Counted from the stretch's first letter, positions 19,314 through 27,185 are shown. The stretch is DNA of 39,122 nucleotides from a virus (IMGVR_UViG_3300025600_000035:1-39122), one strand, 5' to 3'. Notes: a model not told the origin generated them from the letters alone. Made by a program: numbers and translations.

Positions 19314-20609
19314 ATGAGATATATGCAACAGCAACCTAACCCATACGATAGCTTGTTTTCTGCAATTGGTAGCGTGTTAGGGCAAGGCCAACGCGCCAAG
19401 CAAGATGCTAAAGATACCGCCGGAATAGTAAGCGCAATGCAACCATACGAAACAAATACTATGAATAACCAATTCCAATATTTAACGCCGCAAAATAATA
19501 TGGGTGAACAAAAGATTGCACAGGGATTGTTACCGACGGGCTTTAATCAGTCCGTCCCTACTTCCGATATGGTAGGTCAAGGATTACTAAGTGGACAACA
19601 ACACCCGACGACAACTAACGGACAACAGCAATTCTTTCCTATGCAACAAGATCAAACACAAGCTAATCCTAATCAAGTGATGGGTAAATATTCCCCCGTC
19701 AATAATCCCGCCGCGGTATCAAGCGCCCCACTAGATTGGGCAGGAACGAAGAAAGACATACAAAAACAAGGCTATCAACGATTGACGGAACTAGCCAAAA
19801 CAATGTCGCCTGATGCGTTTAGGGCTATGCTCCCCGATGCTAGAAAGTATATTGATAGTCATATTGCTGACACAAAGATAGATTTCGACAAGAACGTTGA
19901 AACTAAAGCGTGGACATCGTTCGATTCTGCGCCCGATTATAAAACTAAGATGATGACGGGAATCAAGGCAGGTCTTAATCCTCAACTATTAAAAATGGCA
20001 CTTGATACAGGCATTGAGATTAAAACGCAGGACGTTGGAGATAAGTTTATATCGTACGGAGTTGACACCCATAACAATAGGTTAGTTGATTTGAAAACGG
20101 GCGAACAACTAGATCCTGCAATCTTTACGAAGGGTATTAGTGCTGTTGACCAAATGAGAAATGATACCACTATGAGAGGGCAGAATATAACCGCCGCTAA
20201 TTCCGCCGCAACGTTAGCCGCTAGGCAAAACGGAACATATGGAGGTAGAGGTAGAGGTGGTCTTACCACTACGCAGCAAATGGCAGCTGATAACAAGCTG
20301 ATTAACGCCAAGGCTATAATGAACGCGTATAGCGATAGTGGCAAACCGTATGTTAATAATATGGGTGAAAATTCTTTTAAACCTTATAGTGCTGCTGAAC
20401 AAATTAAATTTAATCAAGCGGCAGATTATATTAAAGCGAACGATATGGGAGGCAGTCAAGACGTAGAACCCCAACAACAACAAGAACAATCTAATCCCGA
20501 TGGCGCGGCGTGGTATTCACAAAAGTATGATGAATTAGTTGCTAGTGGTATGGATGCCGATAAAGCAACGGGGTATATGCAGTACCTAATACAACAGAAC
20601 GGAGGTTAA
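19314..20609 (+). CDS. Internal virion / ejection protein 2
   Basis: GGAGG RBS before ATG 19314; Gln-rich; DTTMRGQNIT motif. Confidence 0.65.
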   Translation: MRYMQQQPNPYDSLFSAIGSVLGQGQRAKQDAKDTAGIVSAMQPYETNTMNNQFQYLTPQNNMGEQKIAQGLLPTGFNQSVPTSDMVGQGLLSGQQHPTTTNGQQQFFPMQQDQTQANPNQVMGKYSPVNNPAAVSSAPLDWAGTKKDIQKQGYQRLTELAKTMSPDAFRAMLPDARKYIDSHIADTKIDFDKNVETKAWTSFDSAPDYKTKMMTGIKAGLNPQLLKMALDTGIEIKTQDVGDKFISYGVDTHNNRLVDLKTGEQLDPAIFTKGISAVDQMRNDTTMRGQNITAANSAATLAARQNGTYGGRGRGGLTTTQQMAADNKLINAKAIMNAYSDSGKPYVNNMGENSFKPYSAAEQIKFNQAADYIKANDMGGSQDVEPQQQQEQSNPDGAAWYSQKYDELVASGMDADKATGYMQYLIQQNGG

Positions 20610-20612
20610 AGT

Positions 20613-23582
20613 ATGGGATGGCTTGATTGGATGGACAAACTTGATCCTATGCAACTTTCTGCAGATCAAGTCTTACCAACAGAACCGATGTTGCCACAGC
20701 AGGAGAAACAAATACTATCTCCTGCTGATTGGATGGCGCAACAAAACAACCAACAATACGAGCAGAATCAACAGCAACAAGTGAGAGATCAAATGCCTGT
20801 TGAGCAGCAAATTGAACAGATATACACGCCAGAACAAGCACAACAACAGAATCGTATACTATCCCCTAGCGAATGGATGGCGACACAACCAAAAAAACCG
20901 TCCGAAAGCGACTTTAAACTTGAAGATACGACGAATTTATTGTACAAGGCGGGGCAGGCCTTATATCAACCTGCCGCCACAGCTCTTGAAGCAATTAGTT
21001 ATCTTGATAAGCCGAGGGGCGCACTAGCTGGCGGTACTGTAGCATTGCAAAATAATACTCCTTTGTGGGAAGGAATAAAGAAAGGCGCAGACGAAAACAC
21101 CAGTTGGAAGGAAACGTTTAACCAAGATTGGGTGAAAGATAACCCAAAGAAAGCGGCGGTTGCTGGGCTTGCTACAGATATATTCGCTGATCCTATGTGG
21201 CTTGCTACTCCTGCCAAAGCAATGGGTTTATTAGCTAAAGGTAGCAAAGCCATAGGTGTAACAGACAAGTATATTAATCCTGCCGTTAAAGCTATAAGCG
21301 AGACAGAAACAGGCAAGAAAGCCATAGCATTGGGTGAGGACGTTGTAGGAAAGAATCGCATAGCAGAGGTACAGTTCGACTTCAATGCCGCTAGAGCGAA
21401 GGATCAAGTCGAGGCCCAAGATTACGTTGACTTGGCAAAAGGGCTGAAGAAAGACTTCCCCAGTGAAGCTGATAAGGCAACGGACTATATACAAGCAAGT
21501 CCCAGAGGTGCAAGTTCAGTAATTGATACTAACACCATTGTAAAAGCCTTAGATGATGGCACATTATTAAACAAAGTACAAGCCGGAGGAATACCAAAGC
21601 AACACGCCTTTGAAGCACTACGTAACGCCAACAAAGAAATACCTGACTACCTACTACAGGACACGCAACGGCTAGCCAAAGAAGCGAAACAGGCTATTCC
21701 CGACACTGTTTATCGTGACCAAATACTTGGAACAATCCCGAACGTAGGCGCACGAAAGGCAATTCAATATCTAGGTGATAAATTCGCTACTTTAAATAAG
21801 CAATACGGAGATAAATTAGTTAATACTGGCCGACTATCTACCGAACAAAATGTCAGATTTATGGACGGTGAACATTTACGCCGTTCACTTGGCAAGTGGG
21901 AGAATCCGGAAAAATTCTTAAAAGACTTAAAAAGCGCAGGTAAGCAGGACGAATGGGAAAAGGCTTTTCTTGATTATCAAGGGAATAAAGCCCCAGGCGC
22001 ACAAGGTTATGGCGCGGCGCACAAAGTAGATACAAAAGACTTTATAGGTAGACAAAATTTATCCGATGAAACGCTTAAAAAGTTGGGACTTGTTACCGAT
22101 CCTGAATATCGAATAATGGACACGATTAACCGAGGGAGCAAAACCCTTCGCGAAGATGAATTTCTTACTAAAGTTGATACAATGTGGGGTAAAACGGACA
22201 AAGAAGCCGCTAAATTGTCGTTTGACCTACCAGACCGTAGAAAATACGTTAAAATTCCAGATACGGCAGGTTATGGCGCATTAGCAGGCAGGTATGTTCC
22301 TAAAGATATTGGGGATCAAGTTCTAAAAACGACAGGAACAGCACCCGACAATATCAATAAGACATGGCAAAAGATGGTTAGTTGGTGGAAAGTGGAGAAA
22401 CTTGCCAATCCTGCTTCAACTATGAGAAATTTTTATAGCGGAATCCCGATGGCGAACGTAAACGGGGCCATACCGTTTCAATCTTTACCTAAATATGTCG
22501 CAAAGGTAACAGGCGCGTATGCTACCGGTGGAAAGAATCACCCACTAATGAGACAAATTAGAGAATCCGGCATACTTGACAATGGTTGGAATAGGCAGGA
22601 AATGTCTAGCATTATTGGTGAGAATCCCAAAGGAATAGCGAAGTGGGCTGACAAAGGAATGGAAGCGTTCGGCGCGCCGGATAAGTTCTGGAAAGCGGTT
22701 GTATATGCTTATCATATAGATAACGGGAAAACATCAAGAGAAGCCGCTAAGATAGCGAATAAAGCACTGCTTGATTATTCAGCTGCCCCCGATTGGGTAA
22801 ACACGCTAAGCAAAAGTGGTGCAGTACCATTCATTAAATTCCCTTTGATGGCAGGGGAACAAACGGCTAAAGCATTATATAGCAAACCCGCACAGGTCAC
22901 GAAGTACACAAAGGCGCAGAACCAAGTCAATAGCGACGATAGAAACGCTATCATGCCGGACTACATGAAATCAAAAACGTTATTGCCGCTATGGAATAGT
23001 ACAAGAACGGTCAACGGTAAACCTCAAAAGGTGCAAAATAACCTTGACCTGTCCTATATTCTCCCGTTTGCGAGTGATGTTAAAATGGGCAATCCAGTTA
23101 CCGATGCTTTACAACTTATGGCAACGGGCCGCAACGGTCTAAATATGGAAGTCATTAACGACAACATGACACCGAAGGATAAAGTAAAAGCCTATGCTAA
23201 ATATGCGTTTAATTCTTTCGGTCCGTCTATACCCCTTCCAGGCAACTACGCAGGGGATAAACTAGAGAACGGATGGAAAGGCAATACTGATAGCAAAGGT
23301 CGCCAATTTGACTTAACGAGCGCGGCATCACAGGTGTTTCTGGGCGCAAAAAATGTACCTATTAATATTGAGGAAATAGCAACTCAAAAGGTCAAAAGTA
23401 TCGAATATGACATGAGAGACACTAAAGGGTTAATGAAGAAAGCGGAAACGAATAAAAACTTAACCGATAAGCAAAAAGAGGAACAAAAAAAGGATTACCA
23501 AAAGCAGTATGACGAATTAGGAAGGAAACTAATGGAAACTAAAGCCGCGTTTAAGAGGGAAAAACAAAGAGGATCGCAATGA
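20613..23582 (+). CDS. Large internal virion / ejection protein 3
   Basis: 989 aa, helical; ANKALLDYS...VPFIKFP pattern typical of large polyvalent/ejection proteins; N-terminal repeat ILSPADWMAQ/ILSPSEWMAT. Confidence 0.7.
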   Translation: MGWLDWMDKLDPMQLSADQVLPTEPMLPQQEKQILSPADWMAQQNNQQYEQNQQQQVRDQMPVEQQIEQIYTPEQAQQQNRILSPSEWMATQPKKPSESDFKLEDTTNLLYKAGQALYQPAATALEAISYLDKPRGALAGGTVALQNNTPLWEGIKKGADENTSWKETFNQDWVKDNPKKAAVAGLATDIFADPMWLATPAKAMGLLAKGSKAIGVTDKYINPAVKAISETETGKKAIALGEDVVGKNRIAEVQFDFNAARAKDQVEAQDYVDLAKGLKKDFPSEADKATDYIQASPRGASSVIDTNTIVKALDDGTLLNKVQAGGIPKQHAFEALRNANKEIPDYLLQDTQRLAKEAKQAIPDTVYRDQILGTIPNVGARKAIQYLGDKFATLNKQYGDKLVNTGRLSTEQNVRFMDGEHLRRSLGKWENPEKFLKDLKSAGKQDEWEKAFLDYQGNKAPGAQGYGAAHKVDTKDFIGRQNLSDETLKKLGLVTDPEYRIMDTINRGSKTLREDEFLTKVDTMWGKTDKEAAKLSFDLPDRRKYVKIPDTAGYGALAGRYVPKDIGDQVLKTTGTAPDNINKTWQKMVSWWKVEKLANPASTMRNFYSGIPMANVNGAIPFQSLPKYVAKVTGAYATGGKNHPLMRQIRESGILDNGWNRQEMSSIIGENPKGIAKWADKGMEAFGAPDKFWKAVVYAYHIDNGKTSREAAKIANKALLDYSAAPDWVNTLSKSGAVPFIKFPLMAGEQTAKALYSKPAQVTKYTKAQNQVNSDDRNAIMPDYMKSKTLLPLWNSTRTVNGKPQKVQNNLDLSYILPFASDVKMGNPVTDALQLMATGRNGLNMEVINDNMTPKDKVKAYAKYAFNSFGPSIPLPGNYAGDKLENGWKGNTDSKGRQFDLTSAASQVFLGAKNVPINIEEIATQKVKSIEYDMRDTKGLMKKAETNKNLTDKQKEEQKKDYQKQYDELGRKLMETKAAFKREKQRGSQ

Positions 23583-23585
23583 TCC

Positions 23586-23798
23586 TCAATCGTTTCTTAC
23601 TATGAAATATATGAACGGTATAAAAGTTAATGCCGACATTGCTACAGTGATAATATCGAATCCAAAGTATTGTGTAACATAGTATGGATAGGACGTTGTT
23701 TCATAGATAAAGAACGGAACACCTAGTAAAACCATCATAAAACACCACTTAATAACTCTAGCGGTTGAATCAGTGTGAATACTCATATTTATCACCAC
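23586..23798 (-). CDS. Small membrane protein, antisense to the late operon (possible superinfection-exclusion moron)
   Basis: Two hydrophobic segments; AGGTGGTG RBS-like site (start possibly 23789); own extended -10 TG-G-TATAAT on the minus strand at 23820-23828. Confidence 0.6.
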   Translation of the reverse strand: MVINMSIHTDSTARVIKWCFMMVLLGVPFFIYETTSYPYYVTQYFGFDIITVAMSALTFIPFIYFIVRND

Positions 23799-23845
23799 CT
23801 AAAATAATTATTTGCAAACATTATACCACATGCTACAATAAAAAC

Positions 23846-23958
23846 ACTAGGCTAGAGTAGAGTAATTACCTACTTGAAAAGTCGGTCCGGTGGCCTGCCT
23901 AGTAACTTAACCGGATAATATACACCGGAGGGAGTGATCTCATTGAGATCTTTTTTTT
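23846..23958 (+). ncRNA. Promoter-to-terminator structured RNA with potential pseudoknot
   Basis: Promoter TTGCAA(23812)-16-TG.TACAAT(23834); closing stem ACTAGGC/GCCTAGT; loop TCCGGTG complementary to CACCGGA (23923); terminator GATCTC/GAGATC plus T8. Confidence 0.55.
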
Positions 23959-24198
23959 ATGCCCAATGATAATGTGATAAACGCCCTAAATAAGATAGTC
24001 GACGTAGCAGAACATATCAGCACCATTAACAAACGACTATTTATCCTCTTAGCAATAACAATTATTTCTTTCAACATTACTTTTATTGCAGTAAGTTTTT
24101 TTTATTTCTGCAATGAAAATTCAGTCCCTACAATAACGCAGAGTCAATCGGATAACGTCAGCAGCAATGCAAATATAAAAACAGGAGGTAAAAACTAA
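23959..24198 (+). CDS. Single-TM membrane protein at the head of the lysis cassette
   Basis: TM LFILLAITIISFNITFIAVSFFYF; no clear RBS at this ATG. Confidence 0.55.
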   Translation: MPNDNVINALNKIVDVAEHISTINKRLFILLAITIISFNITFIAVSFFYFCNENSVPTITQSQSDNVSSNANIKTGGKN

Positions 24199-24257
24199 TG
24201 GCACCTAAATCACCAAAGGCCCCTAAATCACCAAAAGAACCAAAGGGAGGTAAATAG
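24198..24257 (+). CDS. 19-aa (x-Pro-Lys)5 micropeptide MAPKSPKAPKSPKEPKGGK
   Basis: AGGAGGT RBS 8 nt upstream, TAATG coupling; not in track. Confidence 0.55.
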   Translation: MAPKSPKAPKSPKEPKGGK

Positions 24258-24258
24258 T

Positions 24259-24546
24259 ATGGCTGTTTGCGAATTACATGATGGAATGGTCGAGAGAATA
24301 CAACGGTGTGAAGCTGATATAAAACTCTTGCAAAACCAAGACAATGATATTAATGTACGTCAGGCAAGAATGGAGACAAAGCTAGACTATATCACAAAAG
24401 AGGTACAGGCATTGATTATTCGGATCGACATAATAATTGCACAACCGGGGAAACGATGGGAAAACGTTATTACTATTCTCGTTACGTCGGGAATTGTTGG
24501 TCTAATTACGTTCTTCTTCTCTAGGGGTGGTCAAATTGTGGGGTAA
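24259..24546 (+). CDS. XhlA-like lysis accessory protein / holin-like
   Basis: N-terminal coiled coil, PGKRWE, C-terminal TM. Confidence 0.7.
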   Translation: MAVCELHDGMVERIQRCEADIKLLQNQDNDINVRQARMETKLDYITKEVQALIIRIDIIIAQPGKRWENVITILVTSGIVGLITFFFSRGGQIVG

Positions 24547-24550
24547 GATA

Positions 24551-24775
24551 ATGAAAGACTTAGCTTCTACCCTCTATGATGATTTTGAGTATAAATATAT
24601 GAGTTTACCCCGGGTATGGTGTGCCATCTCGGGGCTTTGTATTGTCGTAGCATGGATAGCTGAACAATTCTACGGGCTAAAATTTTCCGCGTGGACGCAG
24701 CTTGTAGCGTGGGGTTCTGCGTGTCTTGCGGCTTATACAGTAAAGAAATATGTTGAGAAGGAGAAACAGGTATGA
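24551..24775 (+). CDS. Holin (2 TM, charged C-terminus)
   Basis: SLPRVWCAISGLCIVVAW...AYTVKKYVEK; directly before the amidase; start uncertain (24527 or 24551). Confidence 0.65.
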   Translation: MKDLASTLYDDFEYKYMSLPRVWCAISGLCIVVAWIAEQFYGLKFSAWTQLVAWGSACLAAYTVKKYVEKEKQV

Positions 24776-25290
24776 AAATTTCCGTCAGCGCAGGACATTA
24801 CCCAGGGGAAGATAGCGGTGCAGTAGGTCAAACAGGCTTACAAGAAGCCGAAGTAAATAAAAATATTGCACTCTCTGTAGTTAATATACTCAAAAGCGTG
24901 GGATATAATGCTTTATTTATTCAACGCAATGAACTTTTCGATATTGTTCAAACATCTAATGATTTTGGAGCCGATTTATTTATCTCCATCCATTGCAATG
25001 CCGCTGAAAATCGAGAAGCCAGAGGTACAGAAACGTTCTACGGCTCAACTCCACAACTAGCCCAATGTATTCAAACACAGATCATTGACAACCTAATGAC
25101 CGTCGACAGGGGAATTAAAGATGGCGCAGGACTTTACGTTATCCGTAATACCAATGCACCTGCCGTACTGGCCGAGTGTGAGTTTATTTCTAATAGTGAG
25201 GGCGAATCTATGCTTGCTAGTGTTGAAGGGCAGGAAGGGCTATCTAAGGCTATTGCACGAGGAATAACTGACTATGTGGCGACGTTATGA
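24772..25290 (+). CDS. Endolysin, N-acetylmuramoyl-L-alanine amidase (Amidase_3), catalytic domain only
   Basis: SAGH...DSGA....E, FISIHCNA, GTET, PAVLAECEFISN. Confidence 0.95.
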   Translation: MKISVSAGHYPGEDSGAVGQTGLQEAEVNKNIALSVVNILKSVGYNALFIQRNELFDIVQTSNDFGADLFISIHCNAAENREARGTETFYGSTPQLAQCIQTQIIDNLMTVDRGIKDGAGLYVIRNTNAPAVLAECEFISNSEGESMLASVEGQEGLSKAIARGITDYVATL

Positions 25291-25832
25291 CAGAGCAGGA
25301 AATACTAGACACAATTAATTCTAAACTAGCCCAACCAACAGGTTACACATTCAAAACAGTCCTTATTGCCTGTATAGTCGCTTTCCTAGTCGGTGCAATC
25401 ATTGGCTCATATATCACTAAATCATTCTTCCCTAATATGAGTATGCCGATTGTGGTCACGAAGGAAATATTAAGTGACCCAATTAAACTTACTCAAATCA
25501 TTAAAGAACCCTACGCAGTAACCACGGAGATTATTAGAGAAATTAGTACGACAAAACCCTCTGCAAACGCCATAGATGACGCTGACAAGACTTTAGTCGT
25601 ACCACCTACACAAACTACCACGGACGTGAAAGGAAACCCCGTAAACGTCACCGAGCAGTATAATATAGTGTTAGATAGAAAGAAGGAATTAGGAATCTTC
25701 ACTACTACCGAAAGTGCGGGGCTAATGGCCGGTTACGCACCGAATAAAAATACTATGTACCACGTATATGTTGGCAAGAAGTTTAATAGTAGTGGTACTG
25801 ATGTTGGTGGTGGCGTATCCGTTAGATTTTAA
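25287..25832 (+). CDS. Putative spanin-like protein (N-terminal TM, C-terminal beta strands ending in Phe)
   Basis: Follows the endolysin; TM VLIACIVAFLVGAIIGSYI; ends GGGVSVRF. Confidence 0.55.
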   Translation: MTEQEILDTINSKLAQPTGYTFKTVLIACIVAFLVGAIIGSYITKSFFPNMSMPIVVTKEILSDPIKLTQIIKEPYAVTTEIIREISTTKPSANAIDDADKTLVVPPTQTTTDVKGNPVNVTEQYNIVLDRKKELGIFTTTESAGLMAGYAPNKNTMYHVYVGKKFNSSGTDVGGGVSVRF

Positions 25833-25838
25833 TGTTTT

Positions 25839-25875
25839 GACCGTCTATTAATATTAGGCGGTCTTTTTTTGTTTG
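25839..25875 (+). terminator. Intrinsic terminator ending the lysis operon
   Basis: GACCGTCTA-loop-TAGGCGGTC plus T7. Confidence 0.85.
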
Positions 25876-25904
25876 TTGACATATACAGTATAATGATGTA
25901 TAAT
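25876..25904 (+). promoter_or_regulatory. Consensus sigmaA promoter with inverted operator
   Basis: TTGACA-17-TATAAT; TATACA...TGTATA inverted repeat overlapping it. Confidence 0.85.
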
Positions 25905-25923
25905 TATATAAAGAGGTGATAAA

Positions 25924-26097
25924 GTGATACGTAAACAGGTCTACATAGACAACGAGCAAGATAAGCAAATAAAAGAAGTTGCAAATATATTAGGAGTTGC
26001 AGAAGCAGAGGTGATTAGAAGGTCAATAACTATGTATATGAATAATGCTTATCGTGACCATTTTTCAATGAAAACTACTTTAATAAAGGAGATATAA
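25924..26097 (+). CDS. CopG-like RHH repressor (57 aa, not in track)
   Basis: GAGGTG RBS, GTG; MIRKQVYIDNEQDKQIKEVANILGVAEAEVIRRSI. Confidence 0.8.
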   Translation: MIRKQVYIDNEQDKQIKEVANILGVAEAEVIRRSITMYMNNAYRDHFSMKTTLIKEI

Positions 26098-26101
26098 TAA
26101 A

Positions 26102-26812
26102 TTGGTTAAAGAAGATTTAACTGGCAGAAAGTTTAATCTGTTAACTGTTGTTAGTCATTATCAAGCACAAACAAAACGTAGCACATGGAAATGTATTTGT
26201 GATTGCGGTAACGATGTAAACGTTTCTGCAACCCATCTTAAATCGGATCATACTAAATCGTGCGGATGTTTAAAAATAGAATCACAAAAATACGGTAGCA
26301 TAACACACAAACTTAGCAAAACAGCAATACATAGAGCGTGGCAAGGGATGATTCAAAGATGTACAAATAAAAAATTAGATCAATACATAAACTACGGTGC
26401 TAGAGGAATAACGTTTTGCGATAGATGGAAAAACTTTTTATATTTTGTCGAAGATATGGTAAATAGACCAGAGGGAACTAGTCTTGATCGTATTGATAAT
26501 AATGGCAGCTATTGTAAGGAGAATTGTAAGTGGTCTACACCGAAAGAACAAGCTAATAATAGAAGAACAAGTCGCATGATTAAATATAACGGCAAAGAAC
26601 AAACATTAATGCAATGGTCTAAAGAGCTTAATATAAACTACGGCACATTAAACAGTAGAATAAATAGATATCATTGGAGCACAGAAAAAGCCTTGTCTCA
26701 AAGTATAAGAAGTCCTGCCGCTACCATTAGTTATGCCCCCAATAAAAACATGGCGGTCAATGTAATATATGGCGGTGATATTAAAGGAGCAGGTATCGCA
26801 ATTCGGTTTTAG
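26102..26812 (+). CDS. Free-standing HNH homing endonuclease-like protein with a fused foreign C-terminal tail
   Basis: DLTGRKF..LTV..WKCICDCG..KSCGC, NYGARGI..CDRW, SLDRIDNNG.Y.KENCKWST.KEQANN. Confidence 0.88.
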   Translation: MVKEDLTGRKFNLLTVVSHYQAQTKRSTWKCICDCGNDVNVSATHLKSDHTKSCGCLKIESQKYGSITHKLSKTAIHRAWQGMIQRCTNKKLDQYINYGARGITFCDRWKNFLYFVEDMVNRPEGTSLDRIDNNGSYCKENCKWSTPKEQANNRRTSRMIKYNGKEQTLMQWSKELNINYGTLNSRINRYHWSTEKALSQSIRSPAATISYAPNKNMAVNVIYGGDIKGAGIAIRF

Positions 26813-26847
26813 ACCTATTTCGTGAGGTTACGAAAATGGTATGACTG

Positions 26848-26876
26848 TTGACAAATAAAGGTTATTATGAGATAAT
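26848..26876 (+). promoter_or_regulatory. sigmaA promoter of ncRNA cassette 1
   Basis: TTGACA-17-GATAAT with extended TG. Confidence 0.75.
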
Positions 26877-26885
26877 CAATCATAC

Positions 26886-27057
26886 AATAGTTGTGGCGGA
26901 ATAAGTAGACGCTAAATTGCTTTTAATTGCGGTTGCAAACGTAGTTAATGTAAGTCTAATCTAGACTGTAGCTCAGTTGGTAGAGCGGGGTGCAAAACAC
27001 CTACGTCGGAGGTTCGATTCCTCTCAGTTATGGTAGGTGAAAATCCTATCCGCTATT
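26886..27057 (+). ncRNA. tRNA-like shell RNA enclosing a hairpin and a nested tRNA-like element
   Basis: AATAG(T)/(G)CTATT closing stem; D-arm-like TGGCGGAATAAGTAGACGC; T-arm-like GTAGG-TGAAAAT-CCTAT. Confidence 0.6.
26962..27031 (+). tRNA. Degenerate tRNA-like element (pseudo-tRNA, no assignable anticodon)
   Basis: TAGCTCAGTTGGTAGAGC D-arm and GGAGGTTCGATTCCTCT T-arm are canonical; anticodon arm GGGTG-CAAAA-CACCT has a 5-nt loop; acceptor only 5 bp; no CCA. Confidence 0.65.
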
Positions 27058-27147
27058 AGTACAATTACATTAGGTTAAGCGTTTGTAGTACGCTTCAAAG
27101 TAGGTACTGGCTCCGTTAATCGGGGCGACCTGCAACTATTAGAAAAT

Positions 27148-27185
27148 ACCGTCCTTCTCGTAATGAGTTGGGCGGCTTTTTTCTG
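27148..27185 (+). terminator. Terminator of ncRNA cassette 1
   Basis: CCGTCC..CTC-gtaat-GAG..GGGCGG followed by a T run. Confidence 0.7.

Noticed and set aside
534-22201. Numerous minus-strand and alternate-frame ORFs in the track overlapping major genes (e.g. 534-1073, 2588-2956, 12754-13119, 20999-21385)
   Set aside because: Shadow ORFs of well-supported plus-strand genes, with no RBS or motifs.
26962-27031. Functional tRNA gene (e.g. Cys-GCA or Phe-AAA)
   Set aside because: The anticodon arm cannot form a canonical 5-bp stem with a 7-nt loop and U33, the acceptor stem has only 5 bp and there is no CCA; kept only as tRNA-like.
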